Below, one piece after another: positions 27,282 through 36,650 of a stretch of DNA of 64,000 bases. This DNA is from Candidatus Eiseniibacteriota bacterium. GTDB lineage: Bacteria; Joyebacterota; Joyebacteria; Joyebacterales; Joyebacteraceae. The DNA is taken from assembly GCA_043815815.1 (NCBI GenBank), contig JBDRIO010000003.1, positions 28,360 through 92,359 on the forward strand, read 5' to 3'. The notes beneath the pieces were generated by a model, which was not told the DNA's origin, did no database searches, and worked only from the letters and a program-made list of their open reading frames with translations. The position numbers and the translations under genes were made by a program. The stretch's first letter is position 1. Each line of letters begins with the position of its first letter.

Positions 27282-30200
27282 ATCAGACGCCACGAGAGAC
27301 GACACCTGACAGCCGCGGTCGTGACGGCCGCCGCCATCTTCGCGCTCGTAGCTCTTCCAGAAGTGCTGCCCGCCTACGAGGGCGCCGGGGCCGCCGACCC
27401 TGCCCCGCCCGCGCTCGAGTCATCGGTTCGGGTGGTCGAGCAGGCGGGCGACCGGCTCGTCGTGAGATTCACCGCCGAGTCGTCGGGCAGGTGGAACCTC
27501 GCCTCGCCGGATGGCCCCGAGCCCCTTGAGCTGGCGGCCTACGGGAGCGCCGGGTCCGGCCGGACCGGGGGCCTCACCGACATCTGGCGCGCCTCGTCGC
27601 GCGCTCCGGCGTCGTTCTCCGTCATGCTGCAGGTGCCGGACCGTGGACCCGTCGAGTTCGACGTGGTCGCGTCGAACCTGAGCGGCGGACTCGCGGAAGG
27701 CTCCATCGAGATGTCCGAACCGTCAGTCATCAGGGACATACGGGTGGTGACGGTGACCTTCACGCCGCCTCTCGACGGACCGGGGCAGGCGTGCTCGCTC
27801 GACCTGGCGATCACGGCCGGGGCGGGCCGAGGCGCGAACGAGAAGACGAGACACCTCCCCTACCTGTCGCCCGCGTTCCGGAGGCTCTACGAGAGCACGA
27901 CGCTGAACTACCGTCCCGACGCGGAGGGCCCGCCGACTGTGAGCTTCCGCGATCCAGCGCCGGACGGGGCACGCTATCTCATCATCACCGCGAACGCTTA
28001 CGAGTCGGAGATCATGCCGCTCGCGGAGTGGAAGCACGCGAAGGGGCTCCTGACGAAGGTCGTCAATCTCAGCACCGTCGGTTCGACGACGACCGACATA
28101 AAGAACTACATCCAGAACGCGTACGACACGTGGACCGTACCACCCGAGTTCGTGCTGCTGGTCGGCGACACCGAGCAGCTCCCGACCAACATGGTCCAGC
28201 ATCCGATCCTCGAGGTCTACACCGACAACCCCTATTCGATGCTCGAGGGTTCGGACGTCTTCTCAGACGTCTTCATCGGGCGTATCTCGGCCGACTCCGA
28301 CTCCCACGTTAACACGCAGGTCGCCAAGATCCTCGGCTACGAGCGGACGCCCGTGACCGGGGACCCCGACTGGCCGCTCTCCGCGTCGCTCCTCATCGCC
28401 GACGACCACGACTCGGGAGACTGGGTCTACTACGACAACACGTGGCACATCTACGACCTCATGGAGAGCGCCTCGTTCGCGACCATCGACACGCTTTTCC
28501 ACAAGAACGACGTCACGCGGACTCAGGTCTACAACTCGGTGAACAACGGAGCCGGGTTCATCAACTTCCGCGGGCAGGCCTGGTACGACTGGCCGTATCC
28601 GTTCGACCTCGACACGGGCAGCGTCACTACGGGCTGGCGCCTGCCGGTCGTCGTTTCGGCGACGTGCTACACCGGCTACTACGCGAACGACTCCTTCATG
28701 TGCGAGGACTGGGTGCGCGCGGGCACGCCCACGTCGCCCAAGGGAGGCGTCGCCTTCTTCGCGACGGGAACGGCCTACCCGGGCGAGCTCGAGCTGGCGC
28801 TGAGGCGAGGCTACGTTGACGAGGGCTTCTTCTCGAACGTCTTCAGCCAGAGCGGCCTGACGCTCGGCGAGGCGTGCGTGGCCGGCAAGAACAACATGTA
28901 CAAGCTCACGACCGAGGAGGAGGAATACGACGGCTGGAACCTCCTGGGCGACCCCGGGATGGACCTCTGGTCCGGACCGATGCGGACGCTCACGGTGTCG
29001 CACGACCAGGCCGTCCCTCCTGGACACAGCGACTTCGCCGTCACGGTCACGAACGGTCGAGCGTACGTGGAGGGGGCGCTCGTCGCCTGCGTCAAGGGGG
29101 ACGAGACCTACTCGTGGGGCTACACCGATGCGCTCGGTGAGGTGACGCTGTCGGTCGACCCGACGACGCAGGGAACGGGCACTGTGACGGCGACGGCGAA
29201 GAACGCCGTCCCCTACGAGGGAACGCTCGAGGTCGTGACCGGACCGTACCCGACCCTCGAGGCTCTCACGCTGGACGACTCGACGGGCGGGAACGGCGAC
29301 GGCCACCTGAGTCCGGGCGAAACGGCGATCCTCGGCACGGCGCTCACGAACATCGGCGACGCGACGGCGACAGCGGTGCAGGCGACGTGGAGAACGCAGG
29401 ACCCGTACGTGACCGTGCTGGACAGCACGTCGTCGTACGCGGACATACCTCCGGACTCCGTGCGTTGGGCGTCGGGCAGCTTCGAGATCTCGCTGTCACC
29501 GACGTGTCCTTCAGGACACCGCCTGCACTACACGCTCCACGTGAGCTACAACGGCACGGACAACACCCTCGCGCCGCCGCCGATGACGGTCGAGACCGGA
29601 CATCTCACCGACTCGTCGGTCGTCGTGGACGACGCGGCGCCCGGTGGAGACGGAAGCGGCACGTTGTCTCCCGGTGAGACCGTCGGACTCTGGGTGTCCC
29701 TGTCGAACGACGGCCCGTGCGACCTGGCAGGCGTGAGCGCCGTCCTCACCACGGCCGATCCGAACGTGGTCGTCACGTCCTCCAGCGCCTCGTTCGGCGA
29801 CGCGCCGTCGGGTGGCGCCGCCGACAACGCGGCGAGCCCCTACGTGCTGACCGTGTCACCCAGCGCGTCGGGCGGCCACGTCGTCACGCTGTCGCTGGAC
29901 GTGACCGCGGACGGCGGGCACTACACGTACTCCGACACGCTCGAGCTTGCCTTCGAGCTCACGGGCGGCGCAACGATGCTGCCGACGGGCCCCGACGCCT
30001 ACGGCTACTACGTCTACGACCAGACGGACGGGCTCTTCGGACCGGCGCCCACGTACGACTGGGTCGACATCTCCCCCCCGGGACCGGGCACGCTCATCGC
30101 CGAGGTCACCGACGCGGACGCCGGCGTTACGACGTTCAGCATTCTATGGAACTTCCAGTACTACGGGGACACCTACAACCAGCTCTCGGTGAACTCGAAC

Positions 30201-31319
30201 GGCTTCTTCGCGCTCGGCTGGACCGACTACCGGCTCGGCGACAACTCGGCGATCCCGAGCGCTCACGGGCCGCAGAACATGCTCGCCCCGTTCTGGGACG
30301 ACCTCGACCCGTCCGCGGGCGGAGACGTCTACAAGTGGTTCGACTCCGTCGACCACAGATGGGTGTTCCAGTTCGACAACGTGCGTCATTGGGGAATGCC
30401 CTTCGAAGAGACGTTCCAGGTGATCCTGCTGCACCCGACCTACTACCCGACCGCGTCAGGCGACGGGCAGATCATCATCCAGTACGAAGAGGTGTCGCTG
30501 GTCGACGGCTGCACGATCGGGTTTGAGAACATCACGCAGGACGACGGCATCCAGTGCCTCTACGACGGTGCGTACGACCCGCAGATCGCGCCCATCGGCC
30601 CGGGGTCGGCGCTCCTCATAACGACCACTCCCCCGACGGGCGGCGGGCTCCCGTGGCTCGTCCTGGGCGACGTGACCGTCGACGACTCCACCTACGGGAA
30701 CGGGAACGGCCGGGCCGAGCCGGGCGAGACCGTGGCCCTGTCGTTGGAGCTGACGAACCAGGGAGGCCTCGCGGTGGAGGGCGTCTCGCTCACGCTCTCG
30801 TCGCCGGACGGGCTGGCCGCCATCTCGGACAGCACGGGCACGATGGCCGACCTCCCACCCAGCGGGACGGCCGACAACGCGGGAGATCCGTTCGTCCTCA
30901 CGGTCTCGGAGGCCGTGTCAGACACGGTGGCGACGCTCTGGACGACCATCGACGCCAACGGGGGCGACTACGACGGGGCTCAGAGGATCGAGCTGCACAT
31001 AGACCTCACGGGCACGTCCGTGACCGAGGGAGGCCTTCCCTCGGTGTTCAGGTTCCACCCGTGCCACCCGAACCCGTTCACGTCGGGGACGGCCATGCGC
31101 CTCGCGCTTCCGGAGCGGGCTCACGCGTCCGTCAGGATCTACAATGTGTCGGGGCGCCTCGTGAGGACGCTGATCGACGAGCCGCTCGAGGGAGGCGAAC
31201 GTAAGCTCGAGTGGGACGGAAGAAACGACGAGGGGCTGCGGTGTGCGTCCGGCGTCTATCTTGTGAGGGTCGAGGCCGGCGGCAGCGCTGCGACGAGGAA
31301 GGCCGTGCTGCTCAGGTAG
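27282..31319 (+). CDS. Peptidase C25 (gingipain-like) family protein with a T9SS-type C-terminal sorting domain; the start is uncertain
   Basis: The C25 block is YLIITANAYESEIMPLAEWKHAKGLLTKVV...PEFVLLVGDTEQLPT. The CTD is ...HPNPFTSGTAMRLALPERAHASVRIYNVSGRLVRTL...GVYLVRVEAGGSAATRKAVLLR*. In-frame start candidates are TTG 27216, ATC 27282 (6 nt after GAGGAGGA) and GTG 27321. Confidence 0.85.
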   Translation: MRRHERRHLTAAVVTAAAIFALVALPEVLPAYEGAGAADPAPPALESSVRVVEQAGDRLVVRFTAESSGRWNLASPDGPEPLELAAYGSAGSGRTGGLTDIWRASSRAPASFSVMLQVPDRGPVEFDVVASNLSGGLAEGSIEMSEPSVIRDIRVVTVTFTPPLDGPGQACSLDLAITAGAGRGANEKTRHLPYLSPAFRRLYESTTLNYRPDAEGPPTVSFRDPAPDGARYLIITANAYESEIMPLAEWKHAKGLLTKVVNLSTVGSTTTDIKNYIQNAYDTWTVPPEFVLLVGDTEQLPTNMVQHPILEVYTDNPYSMLEGSDVFSDVFIGRISADSDSHVNTQVAKILGYERTPVTGDPDWPLSASLLIADDHDSGDWVYYDNTWHIYDLMESASFATIDTLFHKNDVTRTQVYNSVNNGAGFINFRGQAWYDWPYPFDLDTGSVTTGWRLPVVVSATCYTGYYANDSFMCEDWVRAGTPTSPKGGVAFFATGTAYPGELELALRRGYVDEGFFSNVFSQSGLTLGEACVAGKNNMYKLTTEEEEYDGWNLLGDPGMDLWSGPMRTLTVSHDQAVPPGHSDFAVTVTNGRAYVEGALVACVKGDETYSWGYTDALGEVTLSVDPTTQGTGTVTATAKNAVPYEGTLEVVTGPYPTLEALTLDDSTGGNGDGHLSPGETAILGTALTNIGDATATAVQATWRTQDPYVTVLDSTSSYADIPPDSVRWASGSFEISLSPTCPSGHRLHYTLHVSYNGTDNTLAPPPMTVETGHLTDSSVVVDDAAPGGDGSGTLSPGETVGLWVSLSNDGPCDLAGVSAVLTTADPNVVVTSSSASFGDAPSGGAADNAASPYVLTVSPSASGGHVVTLSLDVTADGGHYTYSDTLELAFELTGGATMLPTGPDAYGYYVYDQTDGLFGPAPTYDWVDISPPGPGTLIAEVTDADAGVTTFSILWNFQYYGDTYNQLSVNSNGFFALGWTDYRLGDNSAIPSAHGPQNMLAPFWDDLDPSAGGDVYKWFDSVDHRWVFQFDNVRHWGMPFEETFQVILLHPTYYPTASGDGQIIIQYEEVSLVDGCTIGFENITQDDGIQCLYDGAYDPQIAPIGPGSALLITTTPPTGGGLPWLVLGDVTVDDSTYGNGNGRAEPGETVALSLELTNQGGLAVEGVSLTLSSPDGLAAISDSTGTMADLPPSGTADNAGDPFVLTVSEAVSDTVATLWTTIDANGGDYDGAQRIELHIDLTGTSVTEGGLPSVFRFHPCHPNPFTSGTAMRLALPERAHASVRIYNVSGRLVRTLIDEPLEGGERKLEWDGRNDEGLRCASGVYLVRVEAGGSAATRKAVLLR

Positions 31320-31328
31320 AAGGCTGCC

Positions 31329-31415
31329 GGGGCCGAACGCAGGCTCGGGTGGAACGCGGACCCCGGTGGAACGCGGGCCCGAGTGGAACGAAGGCCGGGG
31401 CCGAACGCAGGCTCG
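31329..31415. repeat. Composite intergenic micro-repeats
   Basis: ggggccgaacgcaggctcg occurs at 31329..31347 and 31397..31415. They flank three 17-bp units that start gtggaacg at 31349, 31366 and 31383. Confidence 0.85.
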
Positions 31416-31432
31416 AGCGAACGCACAGAGAA

Positions 31433-31466
31433 AGGGGCCCGCATGTTCTGCGGGCCCCTCTTCTCA
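31433..31466. terminator. Hairpin between convergent genes (bidirectional terminator candidate)
   Basis: AGGGGCCCGCA-TGTTC-TGCGGGCCCCT, followed by CTTCTC on the plus strand and TTCTCT on the minus strand. Confidence 0.6.
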
Positions 31467-31538
31467 TCCAGAGAACGAGTCGTACGCCGTCTCATCCAGA
31501 GATCGAGTCGTACCGTACGCACATCCCCCCTATCCCTG

Positions 31539-32351
31539 CTACTGATAGAGAGCCTTTATCGCCGTCCAGGTCTCTTCCTCCACGGTCGTGATCTCGGTGG
31601 CTTCCATCTCCACCATGATCGAGCCGTAGTTGTTGCCGATGTCGGCGTAGCTCTGGTCGACGAGGAACATGTAGATCCACGACGTGGCGTGCATCTCGAA
31701 CGTGAACTCCTGTCCGTACTCGAGTTCGAGAATGATCGGGTGGAGCGGTCGGTTGCGGTCGCGGGTAAAGACGAAGACGCCCTCGTAACCGCCCGACGGC
31801 ATCCCGTTGGTCGCCGCGTCACCCCACGCTATCGAGAGCGCGCACAGATAGTCGGGCGGGACGTCCACGTTCTTGATCGAACCGAAGTCCTCGAGTCCGA
31901 GGCAGTTGAACACCGCGTCGACCACCAGCGTCTCGCGTGACTTGTCGCCACCGGTGAACGTGAGCGTCAAGAACCCGGAGTTGTCCGGCACGTCCTTGAG
32001 ACCCTTGTCGACCAGGAACGCGTAGAAATCGATGCTGCTCGCCACGAACGAGTGGACCGCGCCCTTCTCGAGGTACTTCGTGACCGGATGGTCCACGTCG
32101 CCGTTGTCGTAGTAGAAGATGAACAGGCCATCGAAGAACGAGTCGGGGTCCGGGTTCGCCTTGGCGTTGCCGTCGACGCTGACGTCGTAGGCCGTGCCCG
32201 GAGTGAGCGAGATGTGCGCCCCGCCGGCCTGGAAGAGGCCTATGCAGTTCTTGACCGCATTGACTTCCTGCTGCAGCTGGCCGAACGCTGCGGACGACGC
32301 GATCAGGACTATCGCCAGTACTGCCAGCCAGTACCTGTTTGCCATGGGCAC
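31539..32351 (-). CDS. Secreted two-domain hypothetical protein with a variant of the C-terminal tag
   Basis: 270 aa with the signal peptide MPMANRYWLAVLAIVLIASSAAFG. It has an internal duplication (FYAFLVDKG... / IYMFLVDQS...). The tail is ...TVEEETWTAIKALYQ*. Confidence 0.75.
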   Translation of the reverse strand: MPMANRYWLAVLAIVLIASSAAFGQLQQEVNAVKNCIGLFQAGGAHISLTPGTAYDVSVDGNAKANPDPDSFFDGLFIFYYDNGDVDHPVTKYLEKGAVHSFVASSIDFYAFLVDKGLKDVPDNSGFLTLTFTGGDKSRETLVVDAVFNCLGLEDFGSIKNVDVPPDYLCALSIAWGDAATNGMPSGGYEGVFVFTRDRNRPLHPIILELEYGQEFTFEMHATSWIYMFLVDQSYADIGNNYGSIMVEMEATEITTVEEETWTAIKALYQ

Positions 32352-32434
32352 ACACCCTCCGCGTTGGGATCTCAGGAAGGCCGCGCGCCCTTGTCGGGGC
32401 GCGCGGGCTCCCGTCTCATCGATTCACAACGTCC

Positions 32435-32463
32435 AGCATACCACACATCTTGCTGTCCGTCAA
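32435..32463 (-). promoter_or_regulatory. Sigma70-type promoter
   Basis: The minus strand reads TTGACG (32463..32458), a 17-nt spacer, then TATGCT (32440..32435). Confidence 0.55.
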
Positions 32464-32484
32464 GCAGCGAGCGCCCGGCAGCCC

Positions 32485-33510
32485 TCAGCGGACCTTGACG
32501 ACCCTGGCGCGGGCCGTCCCGCCGCGCTCCGCGACGAGCCTCGCGAAGTAGATGCCGGGTGCGCAGTCGTTCCCGTCGGTGTCCCTGCCGTTCCAGACGA
32601 CCTCGTGCTCGCCTCCGCCCATCACGCGGTCCGCGAGAACGGCGACGCGGCGTCCGGCCACGTCGAAGAGCTCAAGGGAAGCGTGGGACGGCGAGGGCAG
32701 CACGAACGAGAGCCGCGTGCCCGCGCTGAACGGATTCGGCGAGGGAGGAAGGAGCGAGAGCCCCGACACGTCATCGAACTCGGGGACGTCCGCCGACATC
32801 GCTCCCAGGAAGGCCGCCTGCAGAACCTTGTTCTTGATGGAGAGGTCGCCGTAGGGCTGCGGGCTCGGGTTCGTGCCTCCCGCCTGCTGCACCCAGCACG
32901 CGACGCCCATCTTCGCGTAGTCCCACGAGGGGTCCAGAGCGAAGGCCTTCTGTATGTCGACCTTCTCCCCCGCCCCGAGGGTCAGGGCATCGCCGGACGT
33001 TGACGTCATGTATGCGACGGCGTGGTACGGAAGGTGGGACTGTCCGCCGCCGTACGCCGCCACGTACTCGTCGAGCGTGGCGACCATGCAGAACCGGGCG
33101 TCGGTGACCGCCTGCTCTGCCTCTATGTGAGCCGTGAAGTCACCCACGCCGTTCTCGATGAGCGAGATCGTGAGCGGGGACGATTCGGCCGCGTGCGCCT
33201 GGTAGTCGACCTCGAGCCAGGAGAAGGGCCAGACGTCCGAGACGCCGTTCCCGGCCGCGGTCGGCATGGCGGTGATGTCGTAGTAGTTCGTGCGAGGGGT
33301 CCAGTAGAGGTCCCCGGACGTGTGCTGAACCAGAACGACTTCGTTTCGAGTGTGGGTCTGCTGCCAATCATCGACCGCAACTGCGGCCGCAGGGCAGGAG
33401 CTTCACCACACCGCCGTGAAGTGTTCATACAGAACGGTCCTCGTGGCGCCGCCCGCGGCACCTGCGAGGACGAGAGTGACAAAGGTGAGCACAACGAGAA
33501 GCCTGGACAC
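32485..33510 (-). CDS. Secreted thioredoxin-like (Omp28-related-type N-terminal motif) protein with a T9SS C-terminal domain; one in-frame TGA (33405..33403) in a W-[TGA]-S-S-C-P motif
   Basis: The track lists only 32485..33267. The same frame is open up to GTG 33510 (GGAGG 5 nt upstream) apart from one TGA. It reads MSRLLVVLTFVTLVLAGAAGGATRTVLYEHFTAVW-[TGA]-SSCPAAAVAVDDWQQTHTRNEVVLVQHTSGDLYWTPRTNYYDITAMPTAAGNG.... The CTD is ...PSPNPFSAGTRLSFVLPSPSHASLELFDVAGRRVAVL...GIYFARLVAERGGTARARVVKVR*. Confidence 0.65.
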
Positions 33511-33631
33511 GGCCGCCTCCCTTCGCTCCGCTAGCTCTTCGCGCTGACATTACTGATCACCGCTACGCGCTGCAGAGTGATTGGGCAGCGTGTCTCAGGA
33601 TCTGAGAGTGGGTCTGATCGAACCCACCGGT

Positions 33632-33660
33632 AGTTTAGCACACGCGAGGCCGCAGGTCAA
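33632..33660 (-). promoter_or_regulatory. Sigma70-type promoter of the thioredoxin-like gene
   Basis: The minus strand reads TTGACC (33660..33655), a 17-nt spacer, then TAAACT (33637..33632). This independently supports the upstream-extended gene model. Confidence 0.6.
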
Positions 33661-33757
33661 GACCGGTGGCCGGCCGCGCGCATCGGGCGCGTGTCCGGCG
33701 CCTCGCTAGCGTGCTCGCTCCCCGGCGCGCGCGGCGAACGCGCAGACCCTCTCGCCA

Positions 33758-33786
33758 TTGAATGTCACGCTCCGTCCGGCTACTAT
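33758..33786 (+). promoter_or_regulatory. Sigma70-type promoter of hflKC
   Basis: TTGAAT (33758..33763), a 17-nt spacer, then TACTAT (33781..33786). Confidence 0.55.
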
Positions 33787-33858
33787 GTGTTGTGAACCTG
33801 GCGCGAGCGCGAACCGACGAAGCTCGCGACCCCCGCACGCAACTGAAAGGAGCCCCGG

Positions 33859-34854
33859 ATGGAGTTCGACCCTGAGATGCTCGTGAGACCGCGTCCGCGA
33901 ATCCCGACGCTGTCCTCGCTGGGGTCCAAGGGCCCGCGCTGGATAGGCCTCGGGCTCGTGGCGCTCATCTTCCTCACGACGACGTTCTACTCGGTCGCCA
34001 CCGACGAGGTGGGAGTCGTCAAGCGGCTGGGGATCTACGTCAGGACCGCGCAACCCGGGCTGCACCTGAAGCTGCCCTTCGCGTTCGAGAAGGTCCACAA
34101 GGTCCGCGTCAAGCACGTCTTCAAGGAGGAGTTCGGCTTCGCGACCGAGCGTCCGGGCGTGCGGACGGTCTACAGACGCGGCGACTACACCGGCGAGTCG
34201 CTCATGCTGACGGGCGACTTGAACTCCGCGGTGGTCGAGTGGATCGTGCAGTACCGGGTGGAGGACCCGGTCCAGTTCCTCTTCCAGGTCCGGGGCGTTC
34301 CGGAGACGATCCGGGACGTGGCGGAGTCCGCCATGCGGAGCATCGTCGGTGACCGCAGCGTCACCGAGGTGCTCACGATCGGACGCCGCGAGGTGGCCGC
34401 CGAAGTGCAGCTCCTGATGCAGCAGGTGCTCGACGAGTACGGCACCGGGGTCGAGATCGTGACGGTGAACCTGAAGGACGTCAACCCGCCGGACCCGGTC
34501 AAACCGTCCTTCAACGAGGTCAACGAAGCGAAGCAGGAACGCGAGACGCTCATCAACGAGGCCTGGTCCGAATACAACAGCGCCATTCCGGCAGCGGAGG
34601 GCGAGGCTCAGAGAGTCATACGCGACGCGGAGGGCTACGCGCTCGCCCGCGTGAACATAGCGGAGGGCGACGCGGAGCGCTTCCTGGCCGTGTGGAGGGA
34701 GTACTCGCGCGCCAAGGACGTCACCAGGCGGCGCCTCTATCTGGAGACGATGAGCAAGATACTGCCTGAGATAGAGAAGAAGTTCATCATCGACCCCGAG
34801 CTCAAGAACCTCATCCCGCTGCTCCAGCTCGACGGGAAGGGAGGCCAGGGATGA
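33859..34854 (+). CDS. hflK: SPFH/band-7 protein HflK
   Basis: 331 aa with an N-terminal TM segment. It has the SPFH core (VDEVGVVKRLGIYVRTAQPGLHLKLPF) and is followed by an overlapping hflC. Confidence 0.85.
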   Translation: MEFDPEMLVRPRPRIPTLSSLGSKGPRWIGLGLVALIFLTTTFYSVATDEVGVVKRLGIYVRTAQPGLHLKLPFAFEKVHKVRVKHVFKEEFGFATERPGVRTVYRRGDYTGESLMLTGDLNSAVVEWIVQYRVEDPVQFLFQVRGVPETIRDVAESAMRSIVGDRSVTEVLTIGRREVAAEVQLLMQQVLDEYGTGVEIVTVNLKDVNPPDPVKPSFNEVNEAKQERETLINEAWSEYNSAIPAAEGEAQRVIRDAEGYALARVNIAEGDAERFLAVWREYSRAKDVTRRRLYLETMSKILPEIEKKFIIDPELKNLIPLLQLDGKGGQG

Positions 34855-35792
34855 ACGCTCGCGTGGTAGTCACCGCAGCGGTCGTGGTCGTTCTCGGCCT
34901 CATCGTGTTCTCGAACTCGCTGTACGTCATCGACATGACCGAGCAGGTCGTGGTCACTCAGTTCGGAAGGCCTATAGGGGACCCGATAAGGGAGCCGGGC
35001 CTTCGCGTGAAGATACCGTTCATCCAGAAGGTCAACACGTTCGACAAGCGCGTGCTCGAGTGGGACGGGAGCCCCGACCAGATACCGACCAAGGACAAGA
35101 AGTACATCTGGGTCGACACCTTCGCCCGCTGGAGGATCGCCGACCCCCTCAAGTTCATGCAGTCGGTCTCGAGCGAGATGAGCGCGCACGCAAGACTTGA
35201 CGACGTGATCGACGCGGTAACGCGCGACCTCATAACGGGGAACGAGCTCATCGAGGTGGTGCGGAACTCGAACCGTGAGATGGCGGCTTCCGACACGAAC
35301 GTCGTCGCGTCGACGGAGGTCGAGGAGCTCATCGAGGTCGGCCGCACGGCCATCACCCGCGAGATCCTGGCGAGAGCCGCGGAACAGATGCCGCGATACG
35401 GCATCGAGCTGGTCGACGTCGAGATCAAGAGGGTGAACTACGTCGAGGAGGTCAGGCGCAAGGTCTACGAGCGCATGATCTCGGAGCGCCAGAGGATCGC
35501 GGAGCGGTACCGCTCGGAGGGACAGGGTCAGAGCGCGGAGATCCGAGGCCAGAAGGAGAAGGAGCTTCACCGCATCACGTCGGAGGCCTATCGTATCGCG
35601 GAGGAGATCCGGGGGGACGCGGACGCCGAGGCTGCGAGGATCTACGCCGAGGCGTTCGGCCGCGACCCGGAGTTCTACACGTTCCTGCGCACCCTCGAGA
35701 GCTACGGCGAGACGATCGATAAGGAGACGTCGCTCATCCTGACCACGGAGAGCGAGTACTTCAGGCTGCTCAAGGACTCGTCCGGAAGGTGA
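34851..35792 (+). CDS. hflC: SPFH/band-7 protein HflC
   Basis: 313 aa with the TEQVVVTQFGRPIGDPIREPGLRVKIPFIQKV motif. It overlaps hflK by 4 nt. Confidence 0.85.
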   Translation: MNARVVVTAAVVVVLGLIVFSNSLYVIDMTEQVVVTQFGRPIGDPIREPGLRVKIPFIQKVNTFDKRVLEWDGSPDQIPTKDKKYIWVDTFARWRIADPLKFMQSVSSEMSAHARLDDVIDAVTRDLITGNELIEVVRNSNREMAASDTNVVASTEVEELIEVGRTAITREILARAAEQMPRYGIELVDVEIKRVNYVEEVRRKVYERMISERQRIAERYRSEGQGQSAEIRGQKEKELHRITSEAYRIAEEIRGDADAEAARIYAEAFGRDPEFYTFLRTLESYGETIDKETSLILTTESEYFRLLKDSSGR

Positions 35793-35811
35793 ACGACCGC
35801 CGAGAGGATGG

Positions 35812-36561
35812 TCACGGCTTCCTCGCTACCGTGACCATCCTCCTCGACCCCCGCGTGTGCGGCCCGCAGCTCACGCCCCCGTAGAGGCGCTCGAGTTCGA
35901 GGCCTGCCCGTCCGAGAAGCCGTTCCATCTGGCGCGGCGTGTACATTCTCATCGACGACCTGCGAACCTGACGTTCGCCGTCCCTCACCATCGTCCACGA
36001 ACCCTCTATGCGCTGCGTGGAGGGGTCCCACCTGTTCCTGACGTGGACGCGCACGGGACCGTAGTCGTCCCACGCCGCCGCCCTGAAGTTCCGAAGCATC
36101 CACTCGCGGTTGATCTGGTCGATGAGGACCCTGCCCCCCCGCGAGAGCAGCTCCGAGAAGCGCATCAACATGGACAGATTCGCGGGATCGTCGAAGTAAC
36201 CGAAGCTCCCCCACCAGTTCAGGACCGCCTTGAAGGGGCGGCGGACCTCGAGTTCGCGCATGTCGCCGACATGGAACTCGGGCGGCCACTGCTTCCATCG
36301 GCGCGCCCTCGCCAGTCGCCTGGCGCGCCTGACACTCGGAACGCACGCGTCGACTCCGGTGACCCGGCAGCCCATCCCGGCCAGCGCGAGAGATATGCGC
36401 CCGTCCCCGCAGGGCGCGTCGAGCACCCGGCTCCCGGGCCGCAGCCGAAGCGCCTGTCGAATGAACCTGGCCTCTTCGAGCGACTCCTCGGGTGTGTAGA
36501 CCTTGCGGATGATGGTGTCCCACTCGCCCTCGAAGAACGTGTCTGTCCAGTGGGCCGGCAT
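35812..36561 (-). CDS. Class I SAM-dependent methyltransferase
   Basis: Motif I is VLDAPCGDGRISLALAGMGCRVTGVD. The start is probably ATG 36561 (GGGAG upstream); the longest ORF starts at 36624. Confidence 0.75.
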   Translation of the reverse strand: MPAHWTDTFFEGEWDTIIRKVYTPEESLEEARFIRQALRLRPGSRVLDAPCGDGRISLALAGMGCRVTGVDACVPSVRRARRLARARRWKQWPPEFHVGDMRELEVRRPFKAVLNWWGSFGYFDDPANLSMLMRFSELLSRGGRVLIDQINREWMLRNFRAAAWDDYGPVRVHVRNRWDPSTQRIEGSWTMVRDGERQVRRSSMRMYTPRQMERLLGRAGLELERLYGGVSCGPHTRGSRRMVTVARKP

Positions 36562-36650
36562 GAAATTCTCCCGTGCGCTGCCGTGCATCCGTTGCGGTCG
36601 ACGTCCGCTTCCGCTGTTCGCCACGTTAGCACGGCCTCACACAGGATGGA

